From NCBI GenBank assembly GCA_023645945.1, contig JALAIB010000019.1:1-47767 (forward strand): DNA of 47,767 nt, written 5' to 3'. The notes under the pieces are model-generated. The model was not told the DNA's origin. It ran no database searches and saw only the letters and a program-made list of their open reading frames with translations. Source of the stretch: Diploschistes diacapsis. Taxonomy: Eukaryota. A program made the position numbers and the translations under genes. Positions 9,869 through 22,392 of the stretch are shown piece by piece. How positions within the stretch are numbered: position 1 is the stretch's first letter; each line of letters starts with the position of its first letter.

Positions 9869-12800
9869 TCACTTTTCCAGAAGTCTTCTCGCCTCCTTTT
9901 CGCCAACGCCCAGTACTGTGATCAAATATTCCAGACTGACATGTTAGTATTCCATTACTCAGACCGGGCGTAGGCTTACTTGATTTCTTTGGATAAACTC
10001 TGCCGCATCTTCTTCAGTCTGCTTTCACATTGCTCCCAGACAACGGCTCTCTGCTTCTGGTCGATCGTCTTCAACCTTACGAGAAAAGTTCCGCTGACCG
10101 GTCTGTGGTCGGACAAGCGCAGCTCATGTCTCCGATAATCCACCTGCTTGATCCGGCCCGCACCTCGATACAACAAGCGATCGCACCAAGCTGGTGAGCG
10201 ATTCTTCTCGCTCGAGTCGTAGCGATCTGTTCCAACGTCGTACTTGTACGTAGGTGCAAAGGTGATGTCTCGCTCATGGAAAGACCGCAGTCGGAAGCCA
10301 GGGTTGCGTCTCCGAGTAACCAGTAGTTGGTCTCTTTCCAAAAGCTTGTTGAGATTTCTGGAGTTGATGGCCTTGATGACAGTATCTCGACCCATTGTAT
10401 CTATGCGGTAGTTGAGGTCCCCACTGATCACGCAGATCTCGTGATCCATTATCATTGAACCGTCTCCACCTCCTGTGAAGGAATCGATCTGAACGTCGCG
10501 GTCTGACTCGCTTGGCAGAACAGCTGAATCTAGGATGGCTGTGATGTCGTTATTGCGACTGACAGTTTGTGACTGGCCAGCGGCTAAATGACAGTTGGTG
10601 AAGCACAGAGAACTATCGTCAAGCATGAACCGCACCATGATGGAACCTTTGTTACCGTGAAGTCCTCCCAAACCGCGCTTGACCTCCGCCGCACCAAGGT
10701 TCCGCACTCTGGAACGCACGGCGCCTTTGACGAAGACGCAGCTGAATAGCCCGACCATGGAAGCAGTATGAAGCAGGTGGTACGTCTCCGAAGCAGGCAT
10801 GTTTTCGTCGAGCAATTGCACAAGAAAGTCCCGCCAGGCCCTGTACTGATGGCTCATGTGCTCAGCTTCGCCCGGATCTTTCTTCTTGCTACTCCCCTTA
10901 AAAAAACTCTTGGCAGTGAGCTTTTTGTCCTCGAGATCAACAAGTTCCTGAAAGCTAAAGACTATAATGTCAGGTGGTGATTGGGCTTGAATGATATCTC
11001 GAAAGATGCCAAGACCCTTTTCGTCATGCCTGAGGCTGGACGGCGTTGAAGCGCCTGCATTCCAAGTCATGGTAACCAATCTGATCTCATTAAAGGTGCA
11101 GTATTCCACATCATGTTGCTGCATATCATTCTCTGTTCGAAGTCAGATACTGGACCCGAAGGGAACAGCATCTCCCATTTGCTTACCTATCCAGTCGTCT
11201 TCCAACAGCCCATCCCAAAAGCAAATAGCATTATCAGCTCCTAACGATGCAAGCTGAAGGTGACCAAACTTCCAAAGGCTACTGCGGTCCACCGCAAGAC
11301 TCGAAACTGGACCATCGTGGGCATGCCACTCCTTCACAACTCTCCATGGTTGTTGTTGGGTATCATAAACGTAAATCAATCCAGTGGTATACCCAGCCCA
11401 TAGATAAACTCCCGCACCTGCTAAACACTTTATTGGATACGCACTGACATTGACAGTTCCAAAACATGTAAAATCTTCAGTCGAGTAAATTGAGATCTTC
11501 CCGTCACTATGCCCAAAATAGACTTTATCCAGCTGCTTGCTAATCACCGCGCCAGAGGTGATCTCGCCAGCCATCGGCTGGGAAAGCGGCTGTATTGTGA
11601 CATTGAAGCCTTGATCGCCTGCGAAAGGATTGTATACTCTGATTTCTTTCCCACTCGCTAGCCACAGTAGGTTCTTTACTACGATAGAACAAGTGTGTCC
11701 GCGAGCAACACGGAATACCGTTGGCATAAGCCTTAGACTTGGTACTCCGGTGTCACCTGCTGCCCAGACGTGTAGCTTCCCCTCTGCATCCAGGGACCAA
11801 ATAGAGTTTTGGTGGCGGTACATCTTTACTATCTCCCTCATGCTATGCGCATTTGATTTGGCTTCGAGGATCTGCTGGCTCCGGAGGTCAATTTCTTGGA
11901 TCTCGCCATAGTTGTTGCCTAGCCAGACACAAACACCCTCCTCATCAGTTGTCTTGCCAGGTTTGAATACCATAGCTGTAACTTTGACTTCACGTTCAGC
12001 ATGGGCGACATCCATGATCATTCTCGAATTCCTGATATCCCATGCTCGAGTAATATAACCTCCGGAGCACGCGTAGTGCCCACACAAGTCAAAAAGTTTC
12101 GTATCGTACTCAGTCCATACACGGTGAACGCCACATTGAGACTTTGGTTGTCTTCGGTTGATCCGAGAAGCGTCCGGGTACTCAGAAGCAGAATTCTTCA
12201 AGGTAGACGTGCCAACATCGTAATCCACTGGGGTATCCAGCTTTCCAGTCTGCTGGTTCGCATATTGAACGGGAACGATCTCGGTTTTAGTGGTCGAACC
12301 TGTGAACCGATACCTTCCTACCGTCGATTTTTCGTTCTGTCCGCTGGGTATCAGTGTCCTCTTAGGAGGAGGGAGGAATTCGGGAGGTTTAGGCCCCTGC
12401 TTGCTTGCCTCTGATGGCCGTGGTGGGGGCTTCGAGGCCGAAGACACACGGGGGTACGAGTGACCTGATTCAGATCGTCCAGGTCTTGGTCTGGGGGGTG
12501 ATGCCCTTACATTTGACCGACTAGGAAGAATAGGCCTTTGGTGCGGCAAGTCTAAAGAATCCTGAGATGACCCGAAACGAACCTGTTCCTTGGGGCTTGC
12601 GGTATCATTGCCCTTGTGGCTAACATGCTTGGACGTTGCCTCCCGTTGTGCTTCGTTAACTCGGTATACAGGCGGTGGCGGAAAATAACTGGCCTGACTG
12701 GGGAGCGCTTTTGTAGTATCAAAGCCCCGTTGAGAAATGCTGCTTTTGTTAGGACTTTCATCACTACTTGGTGGGCTGTTGAATGGAGATATTCTCTCTT

Positions 12801-13516
12801 TAATTCCATTCTTGCAAGAATCGAGAGCAAACGCCAATGTCGTAGGCGTGGTGGGCTTTGAGGCTCGATTGATCGGAGGCGGGTGTGCTCGCTTCGCAGG
12901 GATTGGCGAACTTCGCAGTGACTGGATAGACCTCGAGAAGTTCTCTGGAGGATCGAAGTGCATACGACCATCTGGTCGAGACGGAAGCGAGTAGGGCTCA
13001 GACGGACGTCTCGAGAGATCAAGTAATGATGCATCGGAGGTGATATGTCGTCGAAGCTTCGTTTGACCAGGGGAAGTGAAAACAGGTTTAGGGGGCGACA
13101 CAGGGGACTGTAGAGTCAGGACTGGCGGTGTATGCGGGGGAGACCAAGGACCTGTAGAAACTGGACGCTGCCTTGTTGCTTTTCCAGGCGCGAGTTGGCG
13201 CGGAATCGGCTTGTCAGTGGTCTTCGTACCTTCGTGTGACGTTGAATAAGAGCCATTGGCGGTTGTGTTCCAAGGTGGCGGTTGTCGTGGTAGATCCAGT
13301 GATGACCTTGCTCTTTCTTGATCGAGGAGGGAGATGTTTGGAGCCGCTGGGCCGGAGGGTATTGAACGGGCACTCGATATTTTCTCAAAATGAGACAAAA
13401 GAGATGACACCGGCTTCTGGAGCGATGTCAGCTGGCTCTTTGAAGGAACTGCTTAGAGTAGGATGCTATTGTACTATCGAAGATGCGTCCGGCTTGTCCT
13501 GACTCGACTCAACCAT
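9869..13516 (-). CDS. Inositol polyphosphate 5-phosphatase (Pro-rich N-terminus, WD-like propeller, C-terminal IPPc domain)
   Basis: Exons 13516-13475, 13416-11187, 11132-9980, 9935-9869. Catalytic motifs TWNAG, FQELV, GNKG, NCHLAAG, GDLNYR, PTYKY, PAWCDR, SDHRPV. Confidence 0.92.
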
Positions 13517-14018
13517 TTCGCTGATGAACGGAGATTGTAAGCTTCTCGTATATGTGGTGAAGGTCTGCAAGTTACATCCGATGCTTGTCGGTCGAACTTG
13601 TGCATCATCCTGTTCAAAAAGCCGAAAGCAGCGGCGGATGCCCTTCCTTGATCAAGGCCACTCACACAACTTGGTAGGCACGTTTAAAGATTCTTGGTGG
13701 TACATTCAGAGTTTCGATCGGGCCTGCATGGCCGCGGAACGTAGAATGGCCAAAGTCTTGCATGAAAACTACCTAATACTTCCACTATGCAGGCACATAC
13801 ATGTGCTGGATGCCAGATCCTTGCCCTCTTTATATGGACGTTTCCCCCACATCGTTCACGGCGCTGCGGAGCTTGACCGTATCTGATTCGCGGATTTGAC
13901 TCCGTTAGAAGTAAATACAACTTTGGTGGGAAACAGCCCGCATTAGAGCTATTTGTAGGAGGCTCACGACCCTTCCTTTGAAGAACGAGCTTACAGGCTT
14001 TTCACGAAGGTGACCGAC

Positions 14019-14545
14019 ATGTGGTATGTACTACCGCTTCACAATGATCACGACTAAACTTGCTGGACAAGCAAGCACGTTCTCAACGCCCAAGTAGCTA
14101 TTCGTTCACCATGCTGTACGGCTTCGAAATCCACGCCATGCTACATTCTAGGCTACTGACGCGACAATCCTAGGCCGTAAATGGTTCGATTGCGCCGAGT
14201 GTCATTATGAACAAGAAAACCACCCGCTACTGCAGAAATTCGAGATGACGTTCGCCTGTAAGAGATGCAAGAAATGTTTTCGGAAGGACACGCAGGAGTT
14301 CGAGGAGAGGTGCGGATTATGACCTGCGTCAGGAGCTGTTGGTTACTGAACTTGCTCGCAGTGACGAGTACTGTCCCCATTGCGACAACCACTTTGTTAT
14401 CGACGCTTTGACTCCAAAGCCAGCGCTTAAGTTTGAGAGTGAGGATGCCAGAGTGGACGCAAGGATGCTAAGGGACGAGCGTATGAGGAGGGAGGGTGAA
14501 AGAGACATATTTGACCTGAAAGATGCTGCGGATCGACTCGGCTAA
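14019..14545 (+). CDS. CHY-type zinc finger protein
   Basis: Exons 14019-14023, 14072-14115, 14174-14309, 14362-14545 give MCKHVLNAQVAIRSPCCRKWFDCAECH...FACKRCKKCF...YCPHCDNHF. Intron 1 ends in AAG. Confidence 0.88.
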
Positions 14546-14760
14546 GCGAAGTTTGAAAGTCTGAACTCCTTGAGTGATTTTCTCTTATGCATAACAGTTC
14601 GGGCGCATCATCGGACAAGTCTTGTATAGTGTTTGGGATTTGGAAATGGGATATGGCATATCCCAAGCTCGAGTAAGCTTGTTAGTTCATGGCAATATTT
14701 TATACATCAATGTGCCCGCGAACAAGGCTACTTTAGCACCAGAAACATCTTATCTGACAA

Positions 14761-15718
14761 CTACTCAGCGCTCCCCTCTCCAGAACCTCGGGTTAATATT
14801 GCCGCTGTCCCTGTTCCAGGTGTTCTACCAGTCTTCTTCTTAGCTGCCTCCTCTGCTTTCTCAGTCTCTATGCTCTTCACGTACGACTCGATATTCTCAA
14901 CCGGCAGCATTTCGACTGATTTGCCGGGTGACATGATGGCTATTTCGATGTTCTTCGCGCCTGTCTGCACTACTTCAAGCAGTGACTTTACTGTGAGCTT
15001 GATAGTCTCGTCCCGGTCCATTCCGTCCTTGTGGTTGCGCTCTAAAAATTCCCGAACCGTCTTGCTGGATCGGCCAATTGCGTTCGCCTTCCTGTAAACA
15101 ATGAGTTATGAGAACAGGAAAGAACACCCTACACACCAAGCAGAGTAGATACCAGAAGGCTCGGTCTGATACAGCCGCGGAGTAGAATCTCCCTTGTCAA
15201 AACCAACTATAAGCGTACTGAGACCGAACGGCCTTACACCTCCACTTTGTGTATACCGTTGCTGGACTCCAGCGACATATTTGGTAATGTACTCGATCGT
15301 CACAGGGTCTTCCACTGTAAGTCTGTGAGATTGGGCTTCCACCCTCGCCTTGTCCACCAGTATCCGTGCGTCGGCGTTGAGGCCCGCAAATGCAAGGCAG
15401 ACATGACTATCGACAAGACCGATCTTCGACGGAGTGATTCGAGTATCCTGTAGCTTCATAGCAGACCGTTTCTCGCACCCTAAGACCACGAAGTCTTTAC
15501 CCTTTACACCGACGGCACAGGTTCCTCTCTTCACCGCCTCCTGCGCGTATTCAACCTGGAAAACGTGGCCATCGGGACTACACTATATGTCAAAGTCATG
15601 CGCACATATCTAAAGCGACAGACAAAGATACCTGAATACTGGACGCAATTAGCAATAGCGAACCAGAGTCTGGGATGGGTTCCGTACCGGATAGAGCGCG
15701 GTCATAACCGCTCGCCAT
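14761..15718 (-). CDS. PRE6: 20S proteasome subunit alpha 4 (PSMA7 orthologue)
   Basis: Exons 15718-15688, 15638-15632, 15577-15137, 15091-14761. [55 protein letters not shown]. Confidence 0.95.
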
Positions 15719-16047
15719 TGCGCTTTAGAACCTTTAAATTCTTTCCGGCAAGAATGTCAAGAGCAGTAGAGTTGTTAGGCTAACAGTGGTGAGGCACCTT
15801 AGACGGTATGGCTGCAGGATGAGTTTTTTCAATAAATACCTAGCTTTGACGCAGTAGTAGTCGTATACCTAAGATACCTACAGAGTTTCAAGTGGCCCGT
15901 GCTTCTATAACGTGTCCTACTGGATAATAATTTCAATATAATACACGTAATCCGATCATACGCGGGTCGGTAATGAATCGATGTTTTTTATTCACTTACT
16001 TCCTATTATTAACCTAATAGGTTAGTCTGTCCGACTAATCAAACACC

Positions 16048-16491
16048 ATGTTAACGTCAACTACCTTTCGCATCACCCAAGACCGCCCTCTAAACGTGAT
16101 AATCGTAGGTCCTCCCCCCTCCTCCTTTCACCCTCTCCAGTAATCGTCCGTTTCAGGTCGGTGGCTCCATCTCCGGCCTGCTCACGGGGTTGATGCTGAA
16201 GCGCAACGGCGCACACGTAACGATTCTCGAGCAGACGCCGCACGAGCTAGAGCATCAGGCGGCCGGCATCGCGACCGGCCCGCCGCTGGCCGCCTTCCTC
16301 GCCAAGTTCGACCGCAGCGCCCGTCCGTTCTCGCTACCGACGGACGGCATCCACACCGTGGACCGCGCAGACAGGGAGCTCGGCTTCACCGCGCTCGACA
16401 TGCGCATGAACTCCTGGGACGCCCTCTACTACCGGCTGAGGTGGAACTTTGATGGGCTGGCCAGCAGCTACTATCCTGAGGAGGAGGAGGA

Positions 16492-16524
<33 letters not shown>

Positions 16525-17780
16525 GCCGCTGCCGCTGGGGGAGGGAGCGCGGGACGGAAAGGCGGCCTACCGCTCCGGATGCCGGCTACGTGGAATCCAG
16601 ACCGGGAGCGGCGACTCGCCAGTGAAGGTGCGCTTCGTGCATGTGCGGAGCGGGACCGAGACGGAATTGGCAGCGGACCTGCTCATCGGGGCTGACGGCG
16701 CGAATTCCGCCGTCAGAAATATGGTACTTTCGCCGGACGAGCGGCCGAAGCGGGAATACGCGAACTACGTATTGTGGCGCGGAGTCGTGCCGGAAACGGC
16801 GGTGTCAGAAAAGACGCGCGTCCTGCTCGAGGGGAAACTCTCCTTTTTGTTGCTGAACAGGCAGTATGCTATTGCGTAAGGGCACTTGTTATTTCATCTG
16901 CTTTTTTTCCGGCCTGGCCTTGTTTTCGCGTTTTGATTCGTTGAGCTCAGCGCTCCGATCGCTTGTAAAATGTCGGGCATGAACGTCGGTTACTATGTCT
17001 ACTGTGTGTACTGTGCACCGAATTCATGTTACTGCAAGTTACTTCAAGTCTTGCGAGCGAAGGCTAACAACCCAGCTCTCATAATACGACAAATAAATGA
17101 CCCAGATCTTTCCCATCTGTGACATTCTTGCTCCCGCTTTGTACTTCTCAACCTTGTTCTCACTTTCCGGGCTGACCTTTCTCTTTCCAAGCTATCCGAT
17201 TCCCGGCCTTTCAGGCTCTGTATCTCCCGGATCTCGCTTCCTCAACTTCGCCTGGTACGCCCCGCTTGACGTGTCCGAGCTGCCGTCCATCCTGACATCG
17301 ACCTCCGGTCACTTACACCGCTGGTCCGTTCCCCGCGGCGAGCTCCGTTCCGACGTCTGGTCGGTCCAAACGCGCCGAGCTTCTTCCCGTCTGAGCCCCG
17401 CGTTTGCCGAGTTGATCTCCGCCGTCGACGAGCCCTTCGTGCAGGTCATCTCCGATTGTCGGAGCGCCAGGGCGGTCTTTGCGGGCGGCAGGATACTGCT
17501 GGTTGGGGACGCGCTGTCGATGATCAGGCCACACACGGGAAAAGGCGTTAGTTTCGCGGCCAGCCAAGTGTTGGGCCTAGAGGACTGGGTCAAAGGAAAG
17601 AAGGACTTGGCCGAATGGGAGAGGAACGTGGTGGATGGTGGCTGGTTGGGCGTGCTAGAGAGTAGAAGTTGGGCTGCTTATTACATGGGTGGAAGTTTGG
17701 AGTGGGCAGTCTCCGCTCTGAAGTATAGAATCGCCGTGAAATGGGTTGAGCTGAAGAAGTGGTGGAGGAGCCGATTGTAG
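16048..17780 (+). CDS. Group A FAD-dependent monooxygenase (2,6-dihydroxypyridine 3-monooxygenase-like)
   Basis: Exons 16048-16104, 16157-16875, 17192-17780. NVIIVGGSISGL Rossmann motif, DLLIGADGANSAVR (DG motif), WRG, LLVGDALSMIRPHTGKG (GD motif). Intron 2 is long (316 nt) and ends in AAG. Confidence 0.85.
16478..16522 (+). repeat. (GAG)6(CAG)9 in-frame trinucleotide repeat (E6Q9)
   Basis: Directly visible inside exon 2 of the monooxygenase. Confidence 0.95.
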
Positions 17781-18249
17781 GGACTTTGTTATCCCCTCAA
17801 GGTGCCATAATGTGTACTTGGACGACTGAATGTATTAGTGAATAACTGCCATTTCCAAGTACCTGCATATGAGCCTCGCCGGCGCGGATAGACGAGTTGA
17901 AGTCCAAGCTGCTCAACGCTCTCGGCCAGGAAGAGTACAAGCTCAATCCCTCTCCCTCAACCACATCATCAGTAACAGCTACGACTTGATTTCACTTCAG
18001 CTCCTTTCTCCAAAGCCTTTCCAGCTTCTCAGCCATCACTTCTCCTGTGAAATACAATCCCTCGTAGAACCTAAAGTATTACACGTCCTCTTGAAGTCTC
18101 GGAACATCTATGCTTGCTTGATCATCAACAATGGCATGTCTCCGTACCCTTTTACCCCCGACCCAGCAATCCATTTGCCTGGCCGCTCGCCAGGCATCAG
18201 TCGCTTCAATTCATAAAGCTTAAGACCGCAGATAGTCCGAGTTTTCTAC

Positions 18250-19960
18250 ACCGCGCACTTCGGCGTCGGTGGATCCCGTATCGGTTACGTTGAGGGTAAC
18301 CATCTCGTGGTTAATTTAATAATAGTTGAAGCCTTGGGCGGACCGGGCATAAACGTAAGGTGGATTCCGAAAAACTGTTCGCTATCGGTTATGGTGTCTG
18401 TGTATGAATTTTTTATAAATATATTCGCGAGCGGGCTCGAATCTAAATCCCTGAGATGATGGAGGATAGCATTGTGAAGACCACAGCATATTCATCTTCC
18501 TTTCCTTGCGTGGCTGACATGTTCTCGCTATGGTGGCAGTGAGGAACGTGTTTCATTCGCCCCCTACTGAAAAGAGATACGCGGCTTCAAATTGAAATTT
18601 CTCGGGCCCCTTGATTGCTACTAGAACTTTTCCATCTTGAGTGAAGGGAGGTACTTTCGTGGTATCCTCCTCAAGTGTGAGGGCGCTTTCCATGGCCGAC
18701 TCGGGTATCTTCCAGGCCTTGACCAGCTACGATTACCTGAGCGCGGCATCCCCTGTGTAGATCATTAAAGGGTTGCCCGATGGGACTGCCCGCAGATGTC
18801 CAGATGAGGGTGATGTGGCAGAAAACCAAAACAGCTGTTCCACGCTCGCAGTCTCAAGTCCGTACCGAGCCATCCAAGCGTGTTGAAAGGATGCCTTTGA
18901 GTTGCTTAGTCTCATATCGCTGAACAATGTACGTTCCGTAAGCTCATGGGACAGACGAAAGGACCATACTCTAAGGAGAGTCGCTAATAAGTCACTATGG
19001 AGGGATCAGATATCGTGTTGAAGGTGATGTAAATTTACTTCAGAAGCCTACCCGTTCGCATCATTCCAGATTCGTATTGCTTGATCGTCTCCATGCCCTG
19101 AAGCAAGCTTCGCAAAGCCATCTGCTCACTCAACAGATCTCACTCGCGTCGGAATCACCGCAGAGCATTTGCCAGGCTTGACGTTCCAAATTCGGAGGCC
19201 ATCTTGTTCCTCACTTACAGACACTGAACTATGGTCCTGTGTAGAGGGGAGCAGATGGGTGATATATCTTTCATGACCTTCAAGGCCCACAAAGAGTGTC
19301 CCTGAATCACGATCCCCGATTTGTATTACCCGGTCAGTGTAGCTACAGGCCAACAGAATCCTATTCTCAACTGGTGAAGGTTAGAGCAGTTGTCGAAATA
19401 TCCTGCAATTGTATCTTCTTTTGACAAAGACCTAGCAGGGAGTCAGCGGGTGAATAGAATGAGGTACGCTTCACGAGTTTCATCCATAAGAACACAAATG
19501 AGCTTACCCATCACCAAGTTTCCAGGAAATGATTGTATCACATTTGTCCCCAGTAATCAGAATCTCATCGTGGGCCAATACGGCACTGCCAGCTGCCGTT
19601 ATTTGATCAACATTGATAATTCTTGAACCTTTGAGTTCCAGACCATGGACGCCTTGGCACTTTTACTTCTCGGATAAGGCATGATGGCCTTTCTTCCCCA
19701 CAGCAATTATGTGCTGTGGGGTGAAGCAAATCTTCCGAATGGCTCCTGCAAGAGATACGACTGCTCTCTGTGAGGACATGTTTTGGATGGGCCACTCGAT
19801 CTTGGGTAACGTTCATAGCCAAGTACTTTACCGGGAGTTCAGAAGAAGGCGGCGTTTTTGGATCAATTGTAAGCTGCAAGGGGCCTTGATATCGTGTCTG
19901 TTGGTCGGCATCGGAGCGACCTCACAAGATAGAAATTTGATAATAATGGCAGTGCATCTC
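18250..19960 (-). pseudogene. Decayed WD40-repeat gene, possibly the C-terminal half of an NACHT-WD40 (HET-E/NWD-like) gene
   Basis: Minus-strand fragments broken by stops and frameshifts: GPLQL, MVWNSK, DTIISWKLGDG*, SPVENRILLACSYTDRVIQIGDRDSG, LEGHERYIT...GLRIWNVKPGKC, KLASGHGDDQAIRIWNDANG*, LLRVWS, FTQDGKVLVA, and DGY/TDTG. No intact long ORF. Ends are approximate. Confidence 0.55.
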
Positions 19961-20339
19961 TAAAATCGTCTTGGTGAGTTTTCGCCCGTTTGCAAAGCTA
20001 CTTTAGTGGGTCAGCGATGGAGCGCAATTAGATTGGTAAGGCATCTCTGACATGGTCGTCAAGTAGTCGTAAGTAGAAACTGGAATGTATTCAGAAGGCA
20101 ATACTCACGATGGCTTCAACAATTACAAGTCTCCCAAGGTGTGTGTAGTAGTGATTAGAATTGTTGATGGGTATTTGGCCTTAATAATGTGATATAAAGG
20201 GCCAGTGTGTACTAGATACCGCTAAGCCACATAGCCATGTATGTAATCTACCTACGCGACATCATAGCTTCCAAAACATGCCCTTCTGCTAGTCTTCGAG
20301 CATTACATCTGTGGCTACATACTAGTAGTACCGTTCTAC

Positions 20340-21779
20340 ATGGCGTCTTTAGCAGGCACCTCGATCAGGCGTATTGCCATTATTGGAGGAGGTCCTAGTG
20401 GTATAGCAACTGCAAAGTATCTCCTGGCCGAAGATTGCTTTTCAGACGTTCAGGTATTCGAGCAAAGCGATTCGGTCGAAGGTGCTTGGAGATACAGTGC
20501 TCTAGACAGCAGCGACAGGTGTGCGATACCGCAGACAAGCCCCTTTCAGCCTCTGGATCGTCCGAAAAGGAATCACTCGGGAAACGATGAAATTGCATTT
20601 ACGACACCAATGTACGACAACCTTGAAACCAACATACCGCATCAATTGATGCGGTATTCACATAAGCCATTCCAAAGCGAAGCCCCACTCTATCCACATC
20701 GCAGCGTTGTGTCTCGGTATCTTAAAGATTATGCTGCAGATGTAGTGGGCTGCATTCGGTTTCATACTCAGGTACAAGACCTTCACTTTCTGCAGAACGG
20801 AGGAAGCGACGCCTGGTCCTTGCGGAGTCTTAATCTTTGCACAGGCGAGGTATGTACCCAGATATTTGATGCAGTCGCAGTCTGCTCGGGACACTACAAT
20901 ACTCCATACATCCCTCAGATCCCTGGTATTCAGCAATGGGCCGTAAAGTATCCTGGAAGCGTCAGTCATTCCAAACTGTATCGTACTTCCAATGCTTTTA
21001 AAGAGAAGAAGACTGTCATCGTTGGAAACTCAGCCTCCGGGGTGGACATTGCCAACCAGATCAGCCAAATGTCAAAACACCCAGTAATAATGTCCTCGCG
21101 TTCTGAGTCTCGGTTGAGCGGTTCACAATCCGCTTCTGAAGAGGAACGGATCATGATGAAACCACAAATCTCGGAGTTCATTAGTTCGAGCGAGGAGCGT
21201 GCTGCCGTTCGTTTTGCCGATGGTCACGTTGAGAAGGACGTTGATTGCGTACTGTTTTGTACGGGCTATTTGTATTCTTTCCCATTCCTATCTTCCTTTC
21301 TCTCCCATCTCGTTCAAGATGGTTCTCGTGTGCATAATATATATCAGCACATGTTTTTTATAGATCATCCTTCTCTTGCTTTCATCGCCCTTCCAATCCG
21401 AGTCATCCCCTTCCCACTATCAGAGGTGCAGGCAGCGGTGGTCGCAAAGGTTTGGGCAGGCCGCTTGGCCCTACCTCAGAAGCAGCAAATGCACAAATGG
21501 GAAAAGGACACAGCTATCGAAAACGGGATGGGTAAGAAGTTCCTTACACTCGATGGCGGAAAAGACTTCAAGTATCACAATGAACTCTTCGACTGGGCCA
21601 ATACTGTTGGATTCCCGGATGGCTCAAGACCACACAGATGGACTGATGAAGAATATTGGATACGGCGGAGGTTCCCAGATATTAAGAAAGCATACGCTCA
21701 GAGAGGCGCCGATCGAACACAGGTGATGACGCTGGATGAACTGGGCTTTGACTATAAGAAAAGCGTGGGAAGGGAGTGA
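20340..21779 (+). CDS. Flavin-containing monooxygenase (FMO-like, thiol-specific monooxygenase type)
   Basis: Intronless 479 aa ORF. GGGPSG FAD motif, MYDNLETN, CSGHY, FMO fingerprint YPGSVSHSKLY, GNSASG NADP motif, FCTGY. Confidence 0.93.
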   Translation: MASLAGTSIRRIAIIGGGPSGIATAKYLLAEDCFSDVQVFEQSDSVEGAWRYSALDSSDRCAIPQTSPFQPLDRPKRNHSGNDEIAFTTPMYDNLETNIPHQLMRYSHKPFQSEAPLYPHRSVVSRYLKDYAADVVGCIRFHTQVQDLHFLQNGGSDAWSLRSLNLCTGEVCTQIFDAVAVCSGHYNTPYIPQIPGIQQWAVKYPGSVSHSKLYRTSNAFKEKKTVIVGNSASGVDIANQISQMSKHPVIMSSRSESRLSGSQSASEEERIMMKPQISEFISSSEERAAVRFADGHVEKDVDCVLFCTGYLYSFPFLSSFLSHLVQDGSRVHNIYQHMFFIDHPSLAFIALPIRVIPFPLSEVQAAVVAKVWAGRLALPQKQQMHKWEKDTAIENGMGKKFLTLDGGKDFKYHNELFDWANTVGFPDGSRPHRWTDEEYWIRRRFPDIKKAYAQRGADRTQVMTLDELGFDYKKSVGRE

Positions 21780-22392
21780 ATGCATACCATTGAGAGCTGG
21801 GATGTCTATAGACCGCGCTACATGCCCAACGCGTGATATACATAGGTTGCCAAAGTGTTTCCTGTCAAGAATGGTAATGAGCTCGCGCGAAGGCTAATAT
21901 CCAATGGCTGTAGTAGGAAATTTGCTCTTTATTAGATACCTACATGAACCAGAATCATACGGAGGGAGTACACGTAGGTTCAAATAGAACTTGCTCATCA
22001 TCGCGCTTCAGGCGCATTGACCTTCCGAGGTCGGCCCGAAACTTCTCCGAAGCAGTACCCAATTACGGTAAGGATTACCTAAGCGGAAAGGGCTGGGCAC
22101 AAGCAACATGAAGTCGCGACTCTAATACTAGAACACACCGCATCCGGCATGTAAGATTGAGGAAGTCCTTCGACGCTGAAATCCTGCTTGCTGATGTTTC
22201 TCGATTACCCTGCCAGAAGGTCTTCGTTTTCTCTACAACTTCCGTGTTGATCGCTTTACGCTATACTCCGAAGCTTTGTATTTACGTAGATAATGCTTTG
22301 CCGGAAGCGGAAATCGCGAATTGGATTATGACTAGCATTGATCTTATCGGGAGCACAAAGACTCTTAATCCCTGCGTAGAGAGAAAGCATTT

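Noticed and set aside
15720..16047. Rpn4/PACE element upstream of PRE6
   Set aside because: No GGTGGCAAA match on either strand, only partial GTGGC.
16870..17090. Possible stwintron (nested intron) in the monooxygenase
   Set aside because: Removing 16876-17075 does not recreate a GT or GC donor consensus, so it was kept only as an alternative acceptor.
16048..21779. Secondary-metabolite cluster suggested by two monooxygenases
   Set aside because: No backbone synthase, transporter or cluster regulator in the window; the FMO looks like the housekeeping type.
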